A stretch of DNA of 64,000 bases from Candidatus Latescibacterota bacterium (GTDB lineage: Bacteria; Latescibacterota; UBA2968; UBA8231), in the NCBI GenBank assembly GCA_965208105.1, contig OZ242318.1, positions 2,784,001 to 2,848,000 of the forward strand, read 5' to 3'. The notes under the pieces are model-generated. The model was not told the DNA's origin and searched no databases. It was given only the letters and a program-made list of their open reading frames with translations. Shown piece by piece: positions 10,044-21,835 of this stretch (its first letter is position 1; each line of letters starts with the position of its first letter). The position numbers were made by a program, and so were the translations under genes.

Positions 10044-10877
10044 TCACTCTCTGGAGCGCTTGGGCGGAGTGGCCGAGACTCCCGCCAATCCGCCGCTGAC
10101 CGCAAGCACCTCTCCCGTGATCCAGGAGGCGTCCGCGCTGCAAAGAAAGGCGACCCCCCGGGCTATGTCAAAGGGCTCCCCCCAGCGTCCCAGAGGAATG
10201 GCGCCTCGAATGCGCTCGACCATTTCCTCCTCGGTGATATCGAGACTCTTGCAGCGCTGGGCCATGTTGCGGCGATTGAACTCGGTGTAGACCGGTCCCG
10301 GGCACAGGGCGTTGACGCGTATCCCATATGCAGCCAACTCCAGGGCCAGGGTGCGGGTCAGGCTGATGATGCCGGCTTTGGCCACGTTGTAGGCGGCAAC
10401 CAGGGCGGCGGGATTCTGGCCGTTGATAGATGAAATGTTGACGATTCTCCCCGATTCCTGCTCTTCCATAATGCGGCCGGCAGCGCGGCAACAGTAAAAA
10501 GCCCCGGTCAAGGTCGAGTCGAGCACGCGCGCCCATTCACCGTCGTCCAACTCGACGATAGGGCTCACCTGCTGGCCCACGCCGGCATTGTTGACCAGGA
10601 TATCGAGGCGATGGCAGGCTTCGACTATCCTCGAGAAGCAATTCTCCACCGCGGCGCTGTCGGTGACGTCCAGGTGAATAGCATGCACCTTCAGGTTCTG
10701 TCCCTGGAGTTTTTCGGCTTCAGACTGCGCTTTTTCCAGTTGTATATCGGCTATCCACACCTCGGCACCTTTGCGGGCCAGTTGTTCGACCATGGCCAGG
10801 CCCAGCCCCTGGGCGGCACCAGTAACCACTGCCACATCGCCGTCAAGTTGCAGGGCGGAAATCGGGTCTTCGCTCAT
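10044..10877 (-). CDS. Short-chain dehydrogenase/reductase
   Basis: TGAAQGLG, NNAG, YNVAK. Confidence 0.92.
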   Translation of the reverse strand: MSEDPISALQLDGDVAVVTGAAQGLGLAMVEQLARKGAEVWIADIQLEKAQSEAEKLQGQNLKVHAIHLDVTDSAAVENCFSRIVEACHRLDILVNNAGVGQQVSPIVELDDGEWARVLDSTLTGAFYCCRAAGRIMEEQESGRIVNISSINGQNPAALVAAYNVAKAGIISLTRTLALELAAYGIRVNALCPGPVYTEFNRRNMAQRCKSLDITEEEMVERIRGAIPLGRWGEPFDIARGVAFLCSADASWITGEVLAVSGGLAGVSATPPKRSRE

Positions 10878-10980
10878 GCGGCGGCTCCTGTTGGGCTTGT
10901 TCGAGGATGAAAATCCTCCGATAGTATATCAATCCACCTTGGAGGACTCAATGTACGGCGCAGGAGAAAGAGGGGCGATT

Positions 10981-11730
10981 ATGAAATTGGAATTCAATCC
11001 CGGAAGGGACAGCGTAGTCGTTCTTCTCAAAGGAGGGCGACTGCCGAGTTGGGGAAAGTTGAGCGAAAAGGAACGCCGGACTTCCTCGCATGAACACGTG
11101 GACCTGATGCTCGGTATCGGCAAGGAATTCGGGCTGATGCGCCTGGAGGGCTTCAAGCTGATCGGACCGCAGGGGGACTGGGAGCGTTTCTGGCTGATCG
11201 AATTTCCCTCACTGGAAGGCGCCGAAGCCTGGATCGAGGCAGAAATGGCGCCTTCCTACGGCCTCTACGGCTACTACGAGTATTTTCTATCGCGACGGTG
11301 CGCGATAGATTCAATCTCGACCATGCCCGCGCAGCCCTCAACCCCCGGAGTCGTTTCGCCCCGCCCGAATCCCGCCAATATCCCCGAGCTTGCCGAGGAC
11401 CGCAGCAGCGTTGTAGTCCTGCTGTTTGAACGCTGGCGTCCAGGTGCCGAGGCAGTGCCACCCGGGGAGCGCGGCGAGGACGCGCACCTTGAACTGATGA
11501 GTTCCCTTGCCGGGGAACAAAGCCTCATGCGGCTGAATGCCTTTCAACTGATCGACCGCCAGAACACATGGCATCGCGTCGTGGTTGCGGAGTTTCACAC
11601 CTTCACCGCGGCCGAAATCTTCATCAATGCCGCGATGGACCTGCCGCGCAGCCTGTATGCTTCAACGACCTTTTACCTGGCACGCAGGTGGGCCCCGGAA
11701 TACTTTGCCTCCTGGGTATCTCCCCGCTGA
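10981..11730 (+). CDS. Hypothetical protein with two tandem homologous ~100-aa domains (possible dimeric alpha/beta barrel)
   Basis: Internal duplication: DSVVVLL...LMRLEGF...IEFPS versus SSVVVLL...LMRLNAF...AEFHT; purine-rich RBS-like stretch before ATG 10981. Confidence 0.7.
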   Translation: MKLEFNPGRDSVVVLLKGGRLPSWGKLSEKERRTSSHEHVDLMLGIGKEFGLMRLEGFKLIGPQGDWERFWLIEFPSLEGAEAWIEAEMAPSYGLYGYYEYFLSRRCAIDSISTMPAQPSTPGVVSPRPNPANIPELAEDRSSVVVLLFERWRPGAEAVPPGERGEDAHLELMSSLAGEQSLMRLNAFQLIDRQNTWHRVVVAEFHTFTAAEIFINAAMDLPRSLYASTTFYLARRWAPEYFASWVSPR

Positions 11731-11739
11731 TCTGCCCTG

Positions 11740-11794
11740 GTGTCCCGTCGCAGAGACAGGTTGACGTAATTGGGCCACCGATCCATCCCGGCTC
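11740..11794. repeat. Truncated hybrid copy of MITE family 1
   Basis: gtgtcccgtcgcagagacaggttgacg...ccaccga joined to tccatcccggctc from the opposite arm. Confidence 0.8.
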
Positions 11795-11910
11795 TCAAGA
11801 GAACGGCAAGGACCATGGCAATTGATTTGAACGGTTGGTGCCACCCGGGCCGGATTCCCTGATTGACAGGCTTCTTGACGATGGGTCGCGGTTCGACGTT
11901 ATTTCCCACC

Positions 11911-12672
11911 ATGTCGAAAGGCGGTAGAGTAACCCTGCTGATCGTCCCCGAAGAGGGGGGCAAGACCTTCGAGCTTAAAATACCACGGATTATGGTTGGA
12001 CTCGGGGGAATAATCACCCTGGCGGTGCTGGTGATTATTGTAGCTGGAATCGGAGCCTTTTTCAAATCCCGCCAACTCGGAAACACCCTTGCCGGCATGC
12101 GAGATGAATATGCTCAAATCGAGCACAAGTTCGACCGGATCGAGCAGCTGGAGCAGGTCCTTTCGCGCCTCCAGAAAAGCAATCGGCAACTGCGCGCCAT
12201 TCTCGGGGAATCGGCAAACTCGGGAATTTCCGAAGATCCCCCGGGAGGCTCAAGCGACGAGTCGTCCTATGTGTCCTCGGTGGAACGGTTGCGGTTGGGC
12301 CACATCCATTCCGTGCCCAGTTTATGGCCGGGAAGGGGCGTAGTAACACGCAACTTCAGCAGGGAGTCCCCCGGTGTCGTCATAGCTGTCCCGTTGCGCA
12401 GTCCGATCAGGGCAAGCGCAGCCGGGCAGGTGGTAACAAGCAAGTTCGACAAAAAACTTGGCTACGTAGTGGAGCTGGACCACGGCAGTGGAATTGTCAG
12501 CCAGTACGGATATAACAGCCATCTCCTGGTAGCCCGGGGCGATTATGTTCAGAAAGGCCAGGTCGTTGCCTTGTCCGGCAATTCAGGCGAGGCCTCGTCC
12601 CCTGCTCTCTATTTCAATGTCCGAGAGAATGGCCAATCCAGAGACCCCCTTCTCTACCGCCTGTGGCTCTGA
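11911..12672 (+). CDS. M23/LytM-domain protein with TM and coiled coil; catalytically degenerate
   Basis: LytM fold motifs (GDYVQKGQVVALSGNSG) present, but HxxxD and HxH replaced by SPGVVI and PALYF; start uncertain (11863-11911). Confidence 0.8.
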   Translation: MSKGGRVTLLIVPEEGGKTFELKIPRIMVGLGGIITLAVLVIIVAGIGAFFKSRQLGNTLAGMRDEYAQIEHKFDRIEQLEQVLSRLQKSNRQLRAILGESANSGISEDPPGGSSDESSYVSSVERLRLGHIHSVPSLWPGRGVVTRNFSRESPGVVIAVPLRSPIRASAAGQVVTSKFDKKLGYVVELDHGSGIVSQYGYNSHLLVARGDYVQKGQVVALSGNSGEASSPALYFNVRENGQSRDPLLYRLWL

Positions 12673-12754
12673 TGAACGGCCGCGGCACTGGGAAAATACT
12701 GAGGTTCGACCTACTGCGATAGATTTATTCAGGACTGCACCTTCCGGTCCCATT

Positions 12755-12795
12755 AAAAAGGACTCCCCTCGAGAAGTCGAGGGGAGTCCTTTTTT
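12755..12795. terminator. Bidirectional intrinsic terminator between the LytM gene and groEL
   Basis: aaaaaggactcccctcga-gaag-tcgaggggagtccttttt perfect stem with A and T tails. Confidence 0.9.
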
Positions 12796-12818
12796 GACGA
12801 TCAACGGGATGAAAACAA

Positions 12819-14468
<1,650 letters not shown>

Positions 14469-14519
14469 TTAAAGGTTGGAAAGGTCGAACAAAAGCACTT
14501 ACCAGGTAGATCCGGCTCA

Positions 14520-14546
14520 TTGGCACTCTCTTTAAGAGAGTGCCAA
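14520..14546. promoter_or_regulatory. CIRCE element (HrcA operator) upstream of groEL
   Basis: TTGGCACTC-N9-GAGTGCCAA versus consensus TTAGCACTC-N9-GAGTGCTAA. Confidence 0.9.
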
Positions 14547-14587
14547 ATTTAATTGCTGAGCTTTTTAATATACGGACGACCCCAATT

Positions 14588-15283
14588 TTGCGCAAGCTCA
14601 CAGCTTTTACCTGCCGTCTGGAACTGATGCTCTATGCCGAGGCCTGGGAGCGGCAAAAAACCCTGCATAACCTGCGCCGGCAGGGGATTGTACCCGACTT
14701 TCTGCTTACCGTGGAACATCCTCATACCTATACCTGCGGCCGCACTACCCGGTCGGATCACATGGGGTCCGATGGGGGGTCCCTGGAGCCAGGCGCTGCA
14801 GAGGTGTTCAGTATAGAAAGAGGGGGCAGTGTCACCTACCATGGACCGGGGCAGCTCGTGGGATATCCGATAATCGACTTGCGCCGGAGAGGACGGGACG
14901 TGCATCGATACGTTCGAGAGCTGGAAAAAGTGCTGATCCTCACCCTGGCCGGCTTTGGCCTCGAGGCACGACGGCGGCCTGGTCTGACGGGGGTTTGGGT
15001 CGAAAGGAGAAAAATTGCCGCCATTGGCATCTATGTTCGACAGTGGATTACCATGCACGGATTCGCCCTGAACGTCTGCCCCGACCTGGGCTACTTTCGC
15101 AAAGTTGCTCCCTGTGGCCTCGACGGCAACTCCATCACCTCCATGGCGGAGCTGCTGTCCCACCCCCCGGTGTTGAGGGAGGTCGAAGAGGAGATGAAAC
15201 ATCAGTTCGCCGCCGTATTCGGATGGGAGTTGGAGGAGGTTAGCCTGGAGGCCCTGCTTGCCAGATCCGGGGAAAACCTTTAG
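14588..15283 (+). CDS. lipB: Lipoyl(octanoyl) transferase LipB
   Basis: EHPHTYT, RGGSVTYHGPGQLVGYPI, KIAAIG, HGFALN, PCG; start uncertain. Confidence 0.95.
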   Translation: MRKLTAFTCRLELMLYAEAWERQKTLHNLRRQGIVPDFLLTVEHPHTYTCGRTTRSDHMGSDGGSLEPGAAEVFSIERGGSVTYHGPGQLVGYPIIDLRRRGRDVHRYVRELEKVLILTLAGFGLEARRRPGLTGVWVERRKIAAIGIYVRQWITMHGFALNVCPDLGYFRKVAPCGLDGNSITSMAELLSHPPVLREVEEEMKHQFAAVFGWELEEVSLEALLARSGENL

Positions 15284-15530
15284 ATTAAAACCCCTTGTTG
15301 AATAGAGAGTTAGGCGAAGATTTCCACTCCGTCTTTGCTGCGCGTCATCGGGCGGGATTCGTTGCCGCCTCAGGTGGTCCAGCGCCCATCATCGCATTGG
15401 AATTGCCCGGATTTTTCCCGTTGCGCAGCAGGCGCGACGGCTCTCGCCGGCCACCCGGGAATTCAGGGTACACCCGACCCTGGTTCAGGGACGGCAGATA
15501 CAGGCATTATTCCACCTTATAGATTGTAGA

Positions 15531-16793
15531 GTGAATATGGCCAGGTGGCAGCCCGAAGTTCCCCATGAAGGTCAGAAGATTTCCCTTGAAAAGGGCAGTC
15601 TCGTCGTTCCTCCTCGTCCGATCATTCCCTTTATCGAAGGTGACGGCACCGGACCCGACATCTGGGCGGCCGCTTCCCGGGTGATCGATGCGGCTGTGGA
15701 GAACGCCTATGAGGGGAAACGTGGAATATGCTGGATGGAAGTATTGGCCGGGGAAAAATCATTCGAGCAACTCGGCACCTGGCTTCCCGACGCCACGGTG
15801 GAAGCCTTTCGAGACTATCTGGTGGGGATCAAAGGACCTCTGACAACTCCGGTAGGAGGGGGCATTCGAAGTCTCAACGTAGCCCTGCGTCAGATCCTGG
15901 ACCTTTATGTTTGCCTGCGCCCGGTGCGCTACTTCAAGGGCGTACCCTCTCCTGTCCTCCACCCGGAAAGAGTGGACATGGTCATTTTCCGCGAAAACAC
16001 CGAAGACATTTACGCGGGAATTGAATTCGAGAACGGCAGCGAGGAGAACAGCCGGCTCAAAGCGCTTCTGAAAGAACACTTCCCTGACCGCTACGCCCGA
16101 ATCCGCTTCCCGGATTCAGCAGGCCTGGGGCTCAAGCCGGTTTCACAGGAAGGCACCAGCCGCCTGGTGCGGGCCGCGATCGACTACGCCATCGCCCGGA
16201 AGCGCGACAGCGTCACCCTGGTCCACAAGGGCAATATTATGAAGTTCACCGAGGGAAGTTTTTGCGAGTGGGGCTACGAGGTCGCTCGAAGCCAGTACGG
16301 GGGCGAAGAACTCGACGGCGGTCCATGGACCCGGATTCCGGCTCCCGGGGGGAAGGAGATCGTAGTCAAGGACGTAATCGCAGATGCATTTCTACAGCAG
16401 ATTCTAACGCGACCCGCGGAGTACTCGGTCATTGCCACCCTGAACCTCAACGGGGACTACACGAGTGACGCCCTTGCCGCCTGTGTGGGTGGTATAGGAA
16501 TTGCGCCGGGTGGAAACATCAACTACGACACGGGCCACGCCATCTTCGAAGCCACGCACGGCACCGCTCCCAAATACGCAGGCCAGGACAAGGTAAATCC
16601 CGGATCGGTGATTCTCTCAGGAGAGCTGATGCTGCGGCATCTCGGCTGGAACGAAGCAGCCGATTTGATCGTGGCCGGACTGGAGAGGACCATTTCCAAG
16701 AAGACGGTCACCTACGACTTCGCGCGCCTGATGAAGGGAGCCGAAGAAGTAAAATGCTCCGAATTCGCCACCGCGATCATCGGTCACATGTAA
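15531..16793 (+). CDS. icd: NADP-dependent isocitrate dehydrogenase
   Basis: [43 protein letters not shown]. Confidence 0.97.
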   Translation: MNMARWQPEVPHEGQKISLEKGSLVVPPRPIIPFIEGDGTGPDIWAAASRVIDAAVENAYEGKRGICWMEVLAGEKSFEQLGTWLPDATVEAFRDYLVGIKGPLTTPVGGGIRSLNVALRQILDLYVCLRPVRYFKGVPSPVLHPERVDMVIFRENTEDIYAGIEFENGSEENSRLKALLKEHFPDRYARIRFPDSAGLGLKPVSQEGTSRLVRAAIDYAIARKRDSVTLVHKGNIMKFTEGSFCEWGYEVARSQYGGEELDGGPWTRIPAPGGKEIVVKDVIADAFLQQILTRPAEYSVIATLNLNGDYTSDALAACVGGIGIAPGGNINYDTGHAIFEATHGTAPKYAGQDKVNPGSVILSGELMLRHLGWNEAADLIVAGLERTISKKTVTYDFARLMKGAEEVKCSEFATAIIGHM

Positions 16794-17278
16794 TGGCACA
16801 AGGGCTGACCCACCTCGACAAGGATGGTAGTCTGCGAATGGTAGATGTGAGCAGAAAGAAGATTTCCCATCGGCAGGCGTGGGCGAGGGGCGAAATCTGC
16901 ATGCAGCCCGAGACCTTGAAGTTGATCGTTGCCAACAAGACAGCCAAAGGAAACGCCCTGGAAGCCGCCCGACTGGCAGGCATTATGGCGGCAAAGCGCA
17001 CCGGAGACCTGATCCCATTGTGCCACCAACTGAATCTCACCGCGGTAGAGATCGAATTCGCGGTGGGCGCGGACCGGATCGAGGTGGAGGCACAGGCGCG
17101 CGTCGACGCCGGCACCGGAGTTGAGATGGAAGCATTGACTGCGGCGACTGTCGCCTTGCTCACCATTTACGACATGTGCAAGAAGGTCGACCGGGGGATG
17201 GTAATTTCCCGGGTGTGCCTGGTGGAGAAGCGGGGGGGAGCTAGTGGGACCTATGTAAGGGATGAGGGACAGGGATGA
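16793..17278 (+). CDS. moaC: Cyclic pyranopterin monophosphate synthase MoaC
   Basis: LTHLD, MVDVS, LIPLCH, TGVEMEAL, IYDMCK; TAATG overlap with icd. Confidence 0.97.
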   Translation: MAQGLTHLDKDGSLRMVDVSRKKISHRQAWARGEICMQPETLKLIVANKTAKGNALEAARLAGIMAAKRTGDLIPLCHQLNLTAVEIEFAVGADRIEVEAQARVDAGTGVEMEALTAATVALLTIYDMCKKVDRGMVISRVCLVEKRGGASGTYVRDEGQG

Positions 17279-17357
17279 TTCCAGGACTCACTGCCCGGCC
17301 CCCGGGAAGCCAGGGCATTGTCCAGGTACTCCAGGCGAAGAAAAATTCAGGGTCTTG

Positions 17358-18284
17358 TCACGACCCCCGTGTCAACTTGCCCGAAAGCTTGAGAATGAGT
17401 GCTTTCTGGCTGTGCAGCCTGTTCTCCGCCTGCACGAAAATCAGCGACCGTGGATCGTCGAGCAGTTCGGCCTCGATCTCATATCCGTGGTGGGCGGGGA
17501 GGCAGTGCAGAATGCGGACGTCGAGCCCGTCGAGCAACTCTCTACTGAGCTGGTAGGGCAATAATTTCCGAAGGCGCCGCTCCTTCTCGGCAGCAAAATC
17601 CGGATCGTCAAAATACTCCATGTCCATCCAGGTGTCGGTGTATACTACATCGCAGGAATCCATCGCTGCGCGCAGGTCGGTCTCCGTCTTGTAGAGGCCC
17701 ATCCGGGAGGCTTCCTGGTAAAGGTCGGTATCGCGTGCGGCAGGATTGGTTTCGGGGGCGACTACGGTAATTTCCATACCCACCTTCAAAGCTGCGGCGA
17801 TGAGGGAGTTGCACACGTTATTGTGCACCCCGACATATGTCAATTTGACCCCGGTCAGGCGGCCAAATGCTTCCTTGATGGTTGTAATATCCGCCAGGGC
17901 CTGCATTGGATGGTATCGATCGCAGCAACCGTTCATCAGCGGCACCTGGGATGCCCGCGCCGCCCAAACCACGTCGGCGTGCTTCAACAGCCGCACCACG
18001 ATCAAATCGGCATAGGAAGAGATGACGCGGATCTCGTCGCCCAGGTCTGCCAGGCCGAAATTGGTAGCGCGCCAGTCCAGGTAGATCGCATGCCCTCCCA
18101 TCTGGGTCATCCCGATCTCGCCGGCGCAACGCGTGCGCGTCGAGGTCTTTTGAAAGAGCATGGCCAAGGTCTGACCGCGCATGGAATCGGCGCGGCTCCC
18201 CGGATCGTCCTTGAGACGCAAACCGAGCTCAATGGTTTCCTCTACATCTTCCGGGGAAAAATCTTTCAGCGTGACCAGGTGCAC
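17358..18284 (-). CDS. argF: Ornithine carbamoyltransferase
   Basis: STRTR, HPMQALAD and HCLP motifs; GTG start at 18284 with GGAAGGAG RBS. Confidence 0.9.
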   Translation of the reverse strand: MHLVTLKDFSPEDVEETIELGLRLKDDPGSRADSMRGQTLAMLFQKTSTRTRCAGEIGMTQMGGHAIYLDWRATNFGLADLGDEIRVISSYADLIVVRLLKHADVVWAARASQVPLMNGCCDRYHPMQALADITTIKEAFGRLTGVKLTYVGVHNNVCNSLIAAALKVGMEITVVAPETNPAARDTDLYQEASRMGLYKTETDLRAAMDSCDVVYTDTWMDMEYFDDPDFAAEKERRLRKLLPYQLSRELLDGLDVRILHCLPAHHGYEIEAELLDDPRSLIFVQAENRLHSQKALILKLSGKLTRGS

Positions 18285-18300
18285 CTGCTGTCTCCTTCCA

Positions 18301-18462
18301 GTGTCGCGTCGCAGAGATAGGTTGACGAAATCAGGCCGCCGAGGGGACAGGCTCACAAGGCGCCTGAGCGAGTCGTACCGGTGGTGTACGACGAGTGAAG
18401 GCAACGCCGTGAGCCGGAATGGATCGGCGGAATAGTGGCGACATATTTCTGCGACGGGACAC
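18301..18462 (+). mobile_element. MITE family 1, complete 162-bp copy A
   Basis: TIRs gtgtc(g)cgtcgcagagata / tatttctgcgacgggacac; near-identical to copies at 34794 and 43674. Confidence 0.9.
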
Positions 18463-19418
18463 TAATTCAAGGCTTTCCCAACCTCGTCCAGCAACACTTT
18501 CAAGGCGCTTTCCCGCGGTCCCTTCAAAGAGCAGCCCGATGCCTTGACATGACCTCCTCCGCCCAACCGGACCGCGATTCTGCCGACGTCCACTTGATTC
18601 CGGGAGCGCAAGCTGACGCGATAGTTCCCGGGACTCACTTCCCGCAGGAGCAGGGCTACCTCGACGCTGCGGATCATAAGGCCGTAGTTGACGATGTCCT
18701 GGGCGCTGCCTTCGCGCAGGTCCGCATGGGCCAGATGTAAAACGGCGGCCTTGCCGTTGCAGTGCAGTTCCAGCGAGTCCAGGGCCTTGCCGATCAATTT
18801 GACCGACGCAACGCTCTTGTTGTTGAAAAGTTGATCGGCGATGTAGTCCAGCCGGGCGCCGCGTCGCACCAGTTCGGCGGCCACCTCGAACGTGGTGGGG
18901 GTGGCGAGCGAGTAGCGGAAGCCGCCCGTATCGAAGAGGATTCCCACATAGAGTTGGGCGGCCATGGCAGCGTCGATTTCGCGCCCACTGGCGACTACCA
19001 GGTGGTAGACGAACTCGCATGCGGAGCTGACCTCGGTGGACATCAGGTTGACCTCGCCAAAAGCCAGGGCGTCTTCGTGGTGATCTATGTTGAGGATCCG
19101 GGTAGCCTCGTTCATGTGCCTGCGGACATCTCCAATGCGCTCCAGGCTGGGGCAGTCGAGGACGATGGCGTAGTCCACCTTGGCCAGGCCCACCTCTTCG
19201 ACCGTCAGTAGATGTTCCGCGCCATCGAGGAAGCAATGGAATTCCACCGGCAAATTGTGGACCAGGACGAAGGAATTCTTCCCGATCTTCTCCAGCAGCA
19301 GTTTCAGGGCGATACAGCTCCCCAGTCCATCCCAATCGCTGTCGACATGCGAGGTGATAAGGAAGTTATCCCCTTCTTCGAGGAAGTCCAAAGCGGCTTG
19401 TAGGTCGGGCAATCCCAA
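18462..19418 (-). CDS. nrnA: DHH-family bifunctional oligoribonuclease/pAp phosphatase NrnA
   Basis: HVDSDWDGLGS, NIDHH, DTGGF, GGGHVKASG. Confidence 0.9.
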   Translation of the reverse strand: MGLPDLQAALDFLEEGDNFLITSHVDSDWDGLGSCIALKLLLEKIGKNSFVLVHNLPVEFHCFLDGAEHLLTVEEVGLAKVDYAIVLDCPSLERIGDVRRHMNEATRILNIDHHEDALAFGEVNLMSTEVSSACEFVYHLVVASGREIDAAMAAQLYVGILFDTGGFRYSLATPTTFEVAAELVRRGARLDYIADQLFNNKSVASVKLIGKALDSLELHCNGKAAVLHLAHADLREGSAQDIVNYGLMIRSVEVALLLREVSPGNYRVSLRSRNQVDVGRIAVRLGGGGHVKASGCSLKGPRESALKVLLDEVGKALN

Positions 19419-19484
19419 GGAAATATCCGGGTTGAAAATTAAGGTACGGTCCGGGAAGTGACCGCCGACTGCGGTATTCGAATT

Positions 19485-20246
19485 CTATGGGCGGTGAAGA
19501 ACGAAGTGGATGCGATCTGACCGTTCAGATCCGCTCTTGAAAGTGAAACCGGAAAAGGCGCCGCGCAAGTCAAATGGGCTGTCCTCGATTTGTGCAATGA
19601 TCTGCTTCAGCGGATAGATGCGCTGGGTGTGGATTTCTTCCCACTCCCCCTCTCGATCCTCGAACCGGATTCGGAAGTGATTCATCTGCAATTGCCCGCT
19701 GCGGTCGTAGTAACTGTGGCGGCTGTAAGTAAATCCAGGCCCCACTTCCGTGTCCCGCACCGCGTTGAAATAGCGCAGTGAATTCTGCTCGGTACAGACA
19801 TCAAAGATCAACAGGCCATCCGGGCTCAGGATGGAGTGAATCTGGTCCAGGGCCTGTCGAATCTCGGCCAAGGTGAGAAGGTAATTGAAGCTGTCGTATA
19901 TACAAACCGCCGCATCGAAAGTCTCCCCCAGGTCGTCGAGACGGCGAAGGTCGCCTTGCAAAAAGTCGATATCGGCTCCGGCTTGCCTGCTTTTTTCCCG
20001 ACCTACCTGGAGCATGGAAGCCGAGCGATCCACCCCGGAAACCACATAGCCCAATGATCGAAGTTCCAATGCGATATTGCCCGTGCCGCAAGCCAGGTCA
20101 ACCAGGTTGCGCGGGCGATATTCAAACCGCTGTAAGATGGCATGGATGTAGGCAGCCCACTTGTCGTACTCCACGTGCCGCATGACATAGTCGTAGATCT
20201 GCGCCAGGGCATGGTAAGGTTGGTGCCTGGTGGTATGTGCAGGCAT
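19485..20246 (-). CDS. Class I SAM-dependent methyltransferase
   Basis: VDLACGTG, GVDRSASML, DSFNY. Confidence 0.9.
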   Translation of the reverse strand: MPAHTTRHQPYHALAQIYDYVMRHVEYDKWAAYIHAILQRFEYRPRNLVDLACGTGNIALELRSLGYVVSGVDRSASMLQVGREKSRQAGADIDFLQGDLRRLDDLGETFDAAVCIYDSFNYLLTLAEIRQALDQIHSILSPDGLLIFDVCTEQNSLRYFNAVRDTEVGPGFTYSRHSYYDRSGQLQMNHFRIRFEDREGEWEEIHTQRIYPLKQIIAQIEDSPFDLRGAFSGFTFKSGSERSDRIHFVLHRP

Positions 20247-20255
20247 TCGAACTTC

Positions 20256-20540
20256 CTAAAAGCTGAGATCTTCACTGGGATCGCGATCCTCTCGGCGAAG
20301 GATGCTGAAATAGTGTTGGCGCTGGTTTTTGGGAAGCGGGACCTGGGGGATGTTCAACACCTCTACTTCCAGGAAGCAGGTGTCAAGCTCAAGGCTGACG
20401 ATTTCCCCTGCCCGGATCTCTCTTCCAGGCTTGGCCGGCACCCCGTCCACCTGAACCTTACTCGACTGGCATGCACGCCTGGCATCGCTGCGCTTCTTGA
20501 TCAACCCTGAATTCTTCAGGAAAAGATCAAGGCGCGCCAT
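20256..20540 (-). CDS. S4-domain RNA-binding protein (Hsp15/RqcP-like)
   Basis: RLDLFLKNSGLIKKRSDARRAC...KPGREI. Confidence 0.85.
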   Translation of the reverse strand: MARLDLFLKNSGLIKKRSDARRACQSSKVQVDGVPAKPGREIRAGEIVSLELDTCFLEVEVLNIPQVPLPKNQRQHYFSILRREDRDPSEDLSF

Positions 20541-21807
20541 TCCCCGCCGGTTCCTTCAAGGCCACATCCATGCGCTTCTCGACGTGTATTTCCGTCCTGT
20601 ACTCGTCTATATGCTCACGCATGCTGTGGGTCAGTCGCTCCTCGCGAATCAGGGATTCAAGGGTGGACTGGTCGTCGTTGATCTTGACAATGTAGCCGCC
20701 GTCCTCCATAAAAAACGGATCGCTGATTTCACCAAGGCTCAAATGCCCTATCTGGGCATGCAAGGGAGGAGGAAGCTGGTCGAGCAGGACTATCTCCCAG
20801 AATCCCCCCCGCATTGCGGTATTGCGTTCGTCGGAGTGCTCGCGAGCCAATTGGGAGAAATCCTCACCAGCCAGAGCACGCTGTCTCAACTCGTTCAATG
20901 CGACCTCGACGCGCCGATCGTCCAGCCGAGTGGTTGAAGTGCGCAAAAGAATATGGCTTGCGCAAAGTTCGTCCTCGCGCTTCTCGTGGAGGAGAATCAG
21001 GTGATATCCGTACTGGGTCAAGACTGGTTCGCTGACCTCGCCCGGCCTGAGATCGAATGCGGCCGCCTCGAACTCGGGCACCAGGCGGCCAACTGCGAAA
21101 CAACCGAGGTCTCCGCCCTGGGCTGCAGTGCCCGGGTCCTCCGAGTAGGCGCGGGCAAGGCCGGCAAAGTCCGCGCCGGCAGCTATCTTTTGCTGGATTT
21201 CCCCGATCTTGTCCCGATTGGCCTTGAGCAACTCCTCATCCGGCTTGCTCTTGATCCTGATGCGGCTTAGAGATATTCGTTCGGGCAGGGAATCCTTGAA
21301 GGTTTGGCGATAGGCCTCTATGTCCCTGTGGGTAACGTGGAGCCTGAAGGCCAGCTCCCTGAGCATCTCCTGGTAGAGCAGGCTGTGGCGGATTTCCTTG
21401 CGGTAGCGGTTGCGCAACTGGCGCTCGCTGAGGCCGGCGCGCTTGATCATTTCCTTGAAGCCATCGCTACCCATGTCGTTTTTGATTGCGTTGTACTGCT
21501 CGCTGAGGATTTCCTCGACCTTGGATTCATCAATCGCGATACTGTCTTCCTGGGCTTTGAGAAGCAAAATCTGTTCGTCAATCATTTCGTCGAGCGCTTC
21601 TTCGCGCAACCTGACCAGGTTTTCTTCCTCCAGGTAGGCGCTGTATCCCATCTGCTCGAGTTGGAAGCGAAGGCGGAAGTTGAGTTCCGACCAGAGAATG
21701 ACTTCATCGTCCACCACCGCCACGATGCGGTCAATCAATTCGGGACTGGCTCCTACCGCAGCAGCAAGGAAATAAGGAATGATACAGCTGTGCAGGAAAT
21801 GGCGCAT
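20527..21807 (-). CDS. surA: SurA-like peptidyl-prolyl isomerase
   Basis: IDRIVAVVDDEVIL SurA N-terminus; parvulin motifs FAGLARAYSED...GGDLG and YGYHLI. Confidence 0.85.
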   Translation of the reverse strand: MRHFLHSCIIPYFLAAAVGASPELIDRIVAVVDDEVILWSELNFRLRFQLEQMGYSAYLEEENLVRLREEALDEMIDEQILLLKAQEDSIAIDESKVEEILSEQYNAIKNDMGSDGFKEMIKRAGLSERQLRNRYRKEIRHSLLYQEMLRELAFRLHVTHRDIEAYRQTFKDSLPERISLSRIRIKSKPDEELLKANRDKIGEIQQKIAAGADFAGLARAYSEDPGTAAQGGDLGCFAVGRLVPEFEAAAFDLRPGEVSEPVLTQYGYHLILLHEKREDELCASHILLRTSTTRLDDRRVEVALNELRQRALAGEDFSQLAREHSDERNTAMRGGFWEIVLLDQLPPPLHAQIGHLSLGEISDPFFMEDGGYIVKINDDQSTLESLIREERLTHSMREHIDEYRTEIHVEKRMDVALKEPAGNGAP

Positions 21808-21835
21808 GTGTTTCCTGTGGGAAAGCCCGATGGCC

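Noticed and set aside
18285-18404. 40-aa N-terminal extension of ArgF in the ORF track
   Set aside because: It is translated MITE sequence; GTG 18284 has a good RBS
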